From Paraphysomonas bandaiensis (lineage: Eukaryota > Protista > Chrysophyceae): DNA of 64,000 bases. Shown piece after piece: positions 63,534-64,000 of the stretch. Positions within the stretch are counted from its first letter, which is position 1. The number at the start of each line of letters is the position of its first letter. The DNA lies in contig CBFFRP010000298.1 in assembly GCA_965644295.1 (NCBI GenBank), positions 372,001-436,000 on the forward strand, written 5' to 3'. Under the pieces are notes generated by a model, which was given only the letters and a program-made list of their open reading frames with translations, was not told where the DNA came from and made no database searches. A program made the position numbers and the translations under genes.

Positions 63534-64000
63534 TGAATCTATAGCACTCTAAACCTCTACAATTAGATACTATATATATATATATATATTATATATATAT
63601 ACATACATTATAACTGGATTTCCGAGCCTTTGACATGACTGGTAATCTAGTATATTAATGTTACTATACAATAACGATAATATCAACTATAATCTATATA
63701 TGATCATATGAATATATGAGTGTATTAGTAGTTAGTATAGTAACAATATTAAAATATACAAATACAGAGATAGAAACAACTATTTTTTTTTTAAACTATT
63801 AGAAATTACTTACCAGTTACTACCAGCGTATTATTCAATTTGATAGTGTTAAACTAGATGGATATATACACGATTAAGTACTAGACTATCACTAATCTGA
63901 TCAAACTCTACTATTAAAGTAAGTTAGTAAGTTTAGTTGATCGTATCTTGAAGAGACGCTATAATGGTCTGTATATATGCATATCCATACAGCTCTATGA

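Overview
Eukaryotic, AT-rich, gene-dense genomic DNA with many short (~45-70 nt) GT-AG introns. The gene content and style suggest a protist, probably a stramenopile (inference). Host genes: Kelch-BTB protein, secreted unknown protein, Zn-alcohol dehydrogenase, WDR76/Cmr1-like WD40 protein, TRM11, COX5B, tandem glyoxalase/VOC protein, mitochondrial 2-oxoglutarate/malate carrier, Clu-domain protein, HSF, a secreted FN3+PA protein, class C GPCR, TPR protein, PAN2 and a KDM5-like JmjC demethylase. Mobile DNA is diverse: (i) an intact Ty1/copia element with identical, non-canonical TA...TA LTRs (4781-9959); (ii) an apparently intact ~4 kb Crypton-like tyrosine-recombinase element (37092-41094) with TATAG terminal direct repeats, subterminal inverted motifs and a structured 3' repeat array; (iii) a TTAA-flanked, internally deleted piggyBac-like element; (iv) a nested foldback/MITE; (v) a CAGGG-TIR MITE; (vi) a three-copy MITE family found upstream of genes. 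The best candidate for an undescribed system is the YR element with its repeat array. Exon boundaries of multi-exon genes were read by eye and are approximate. No database searches were run.
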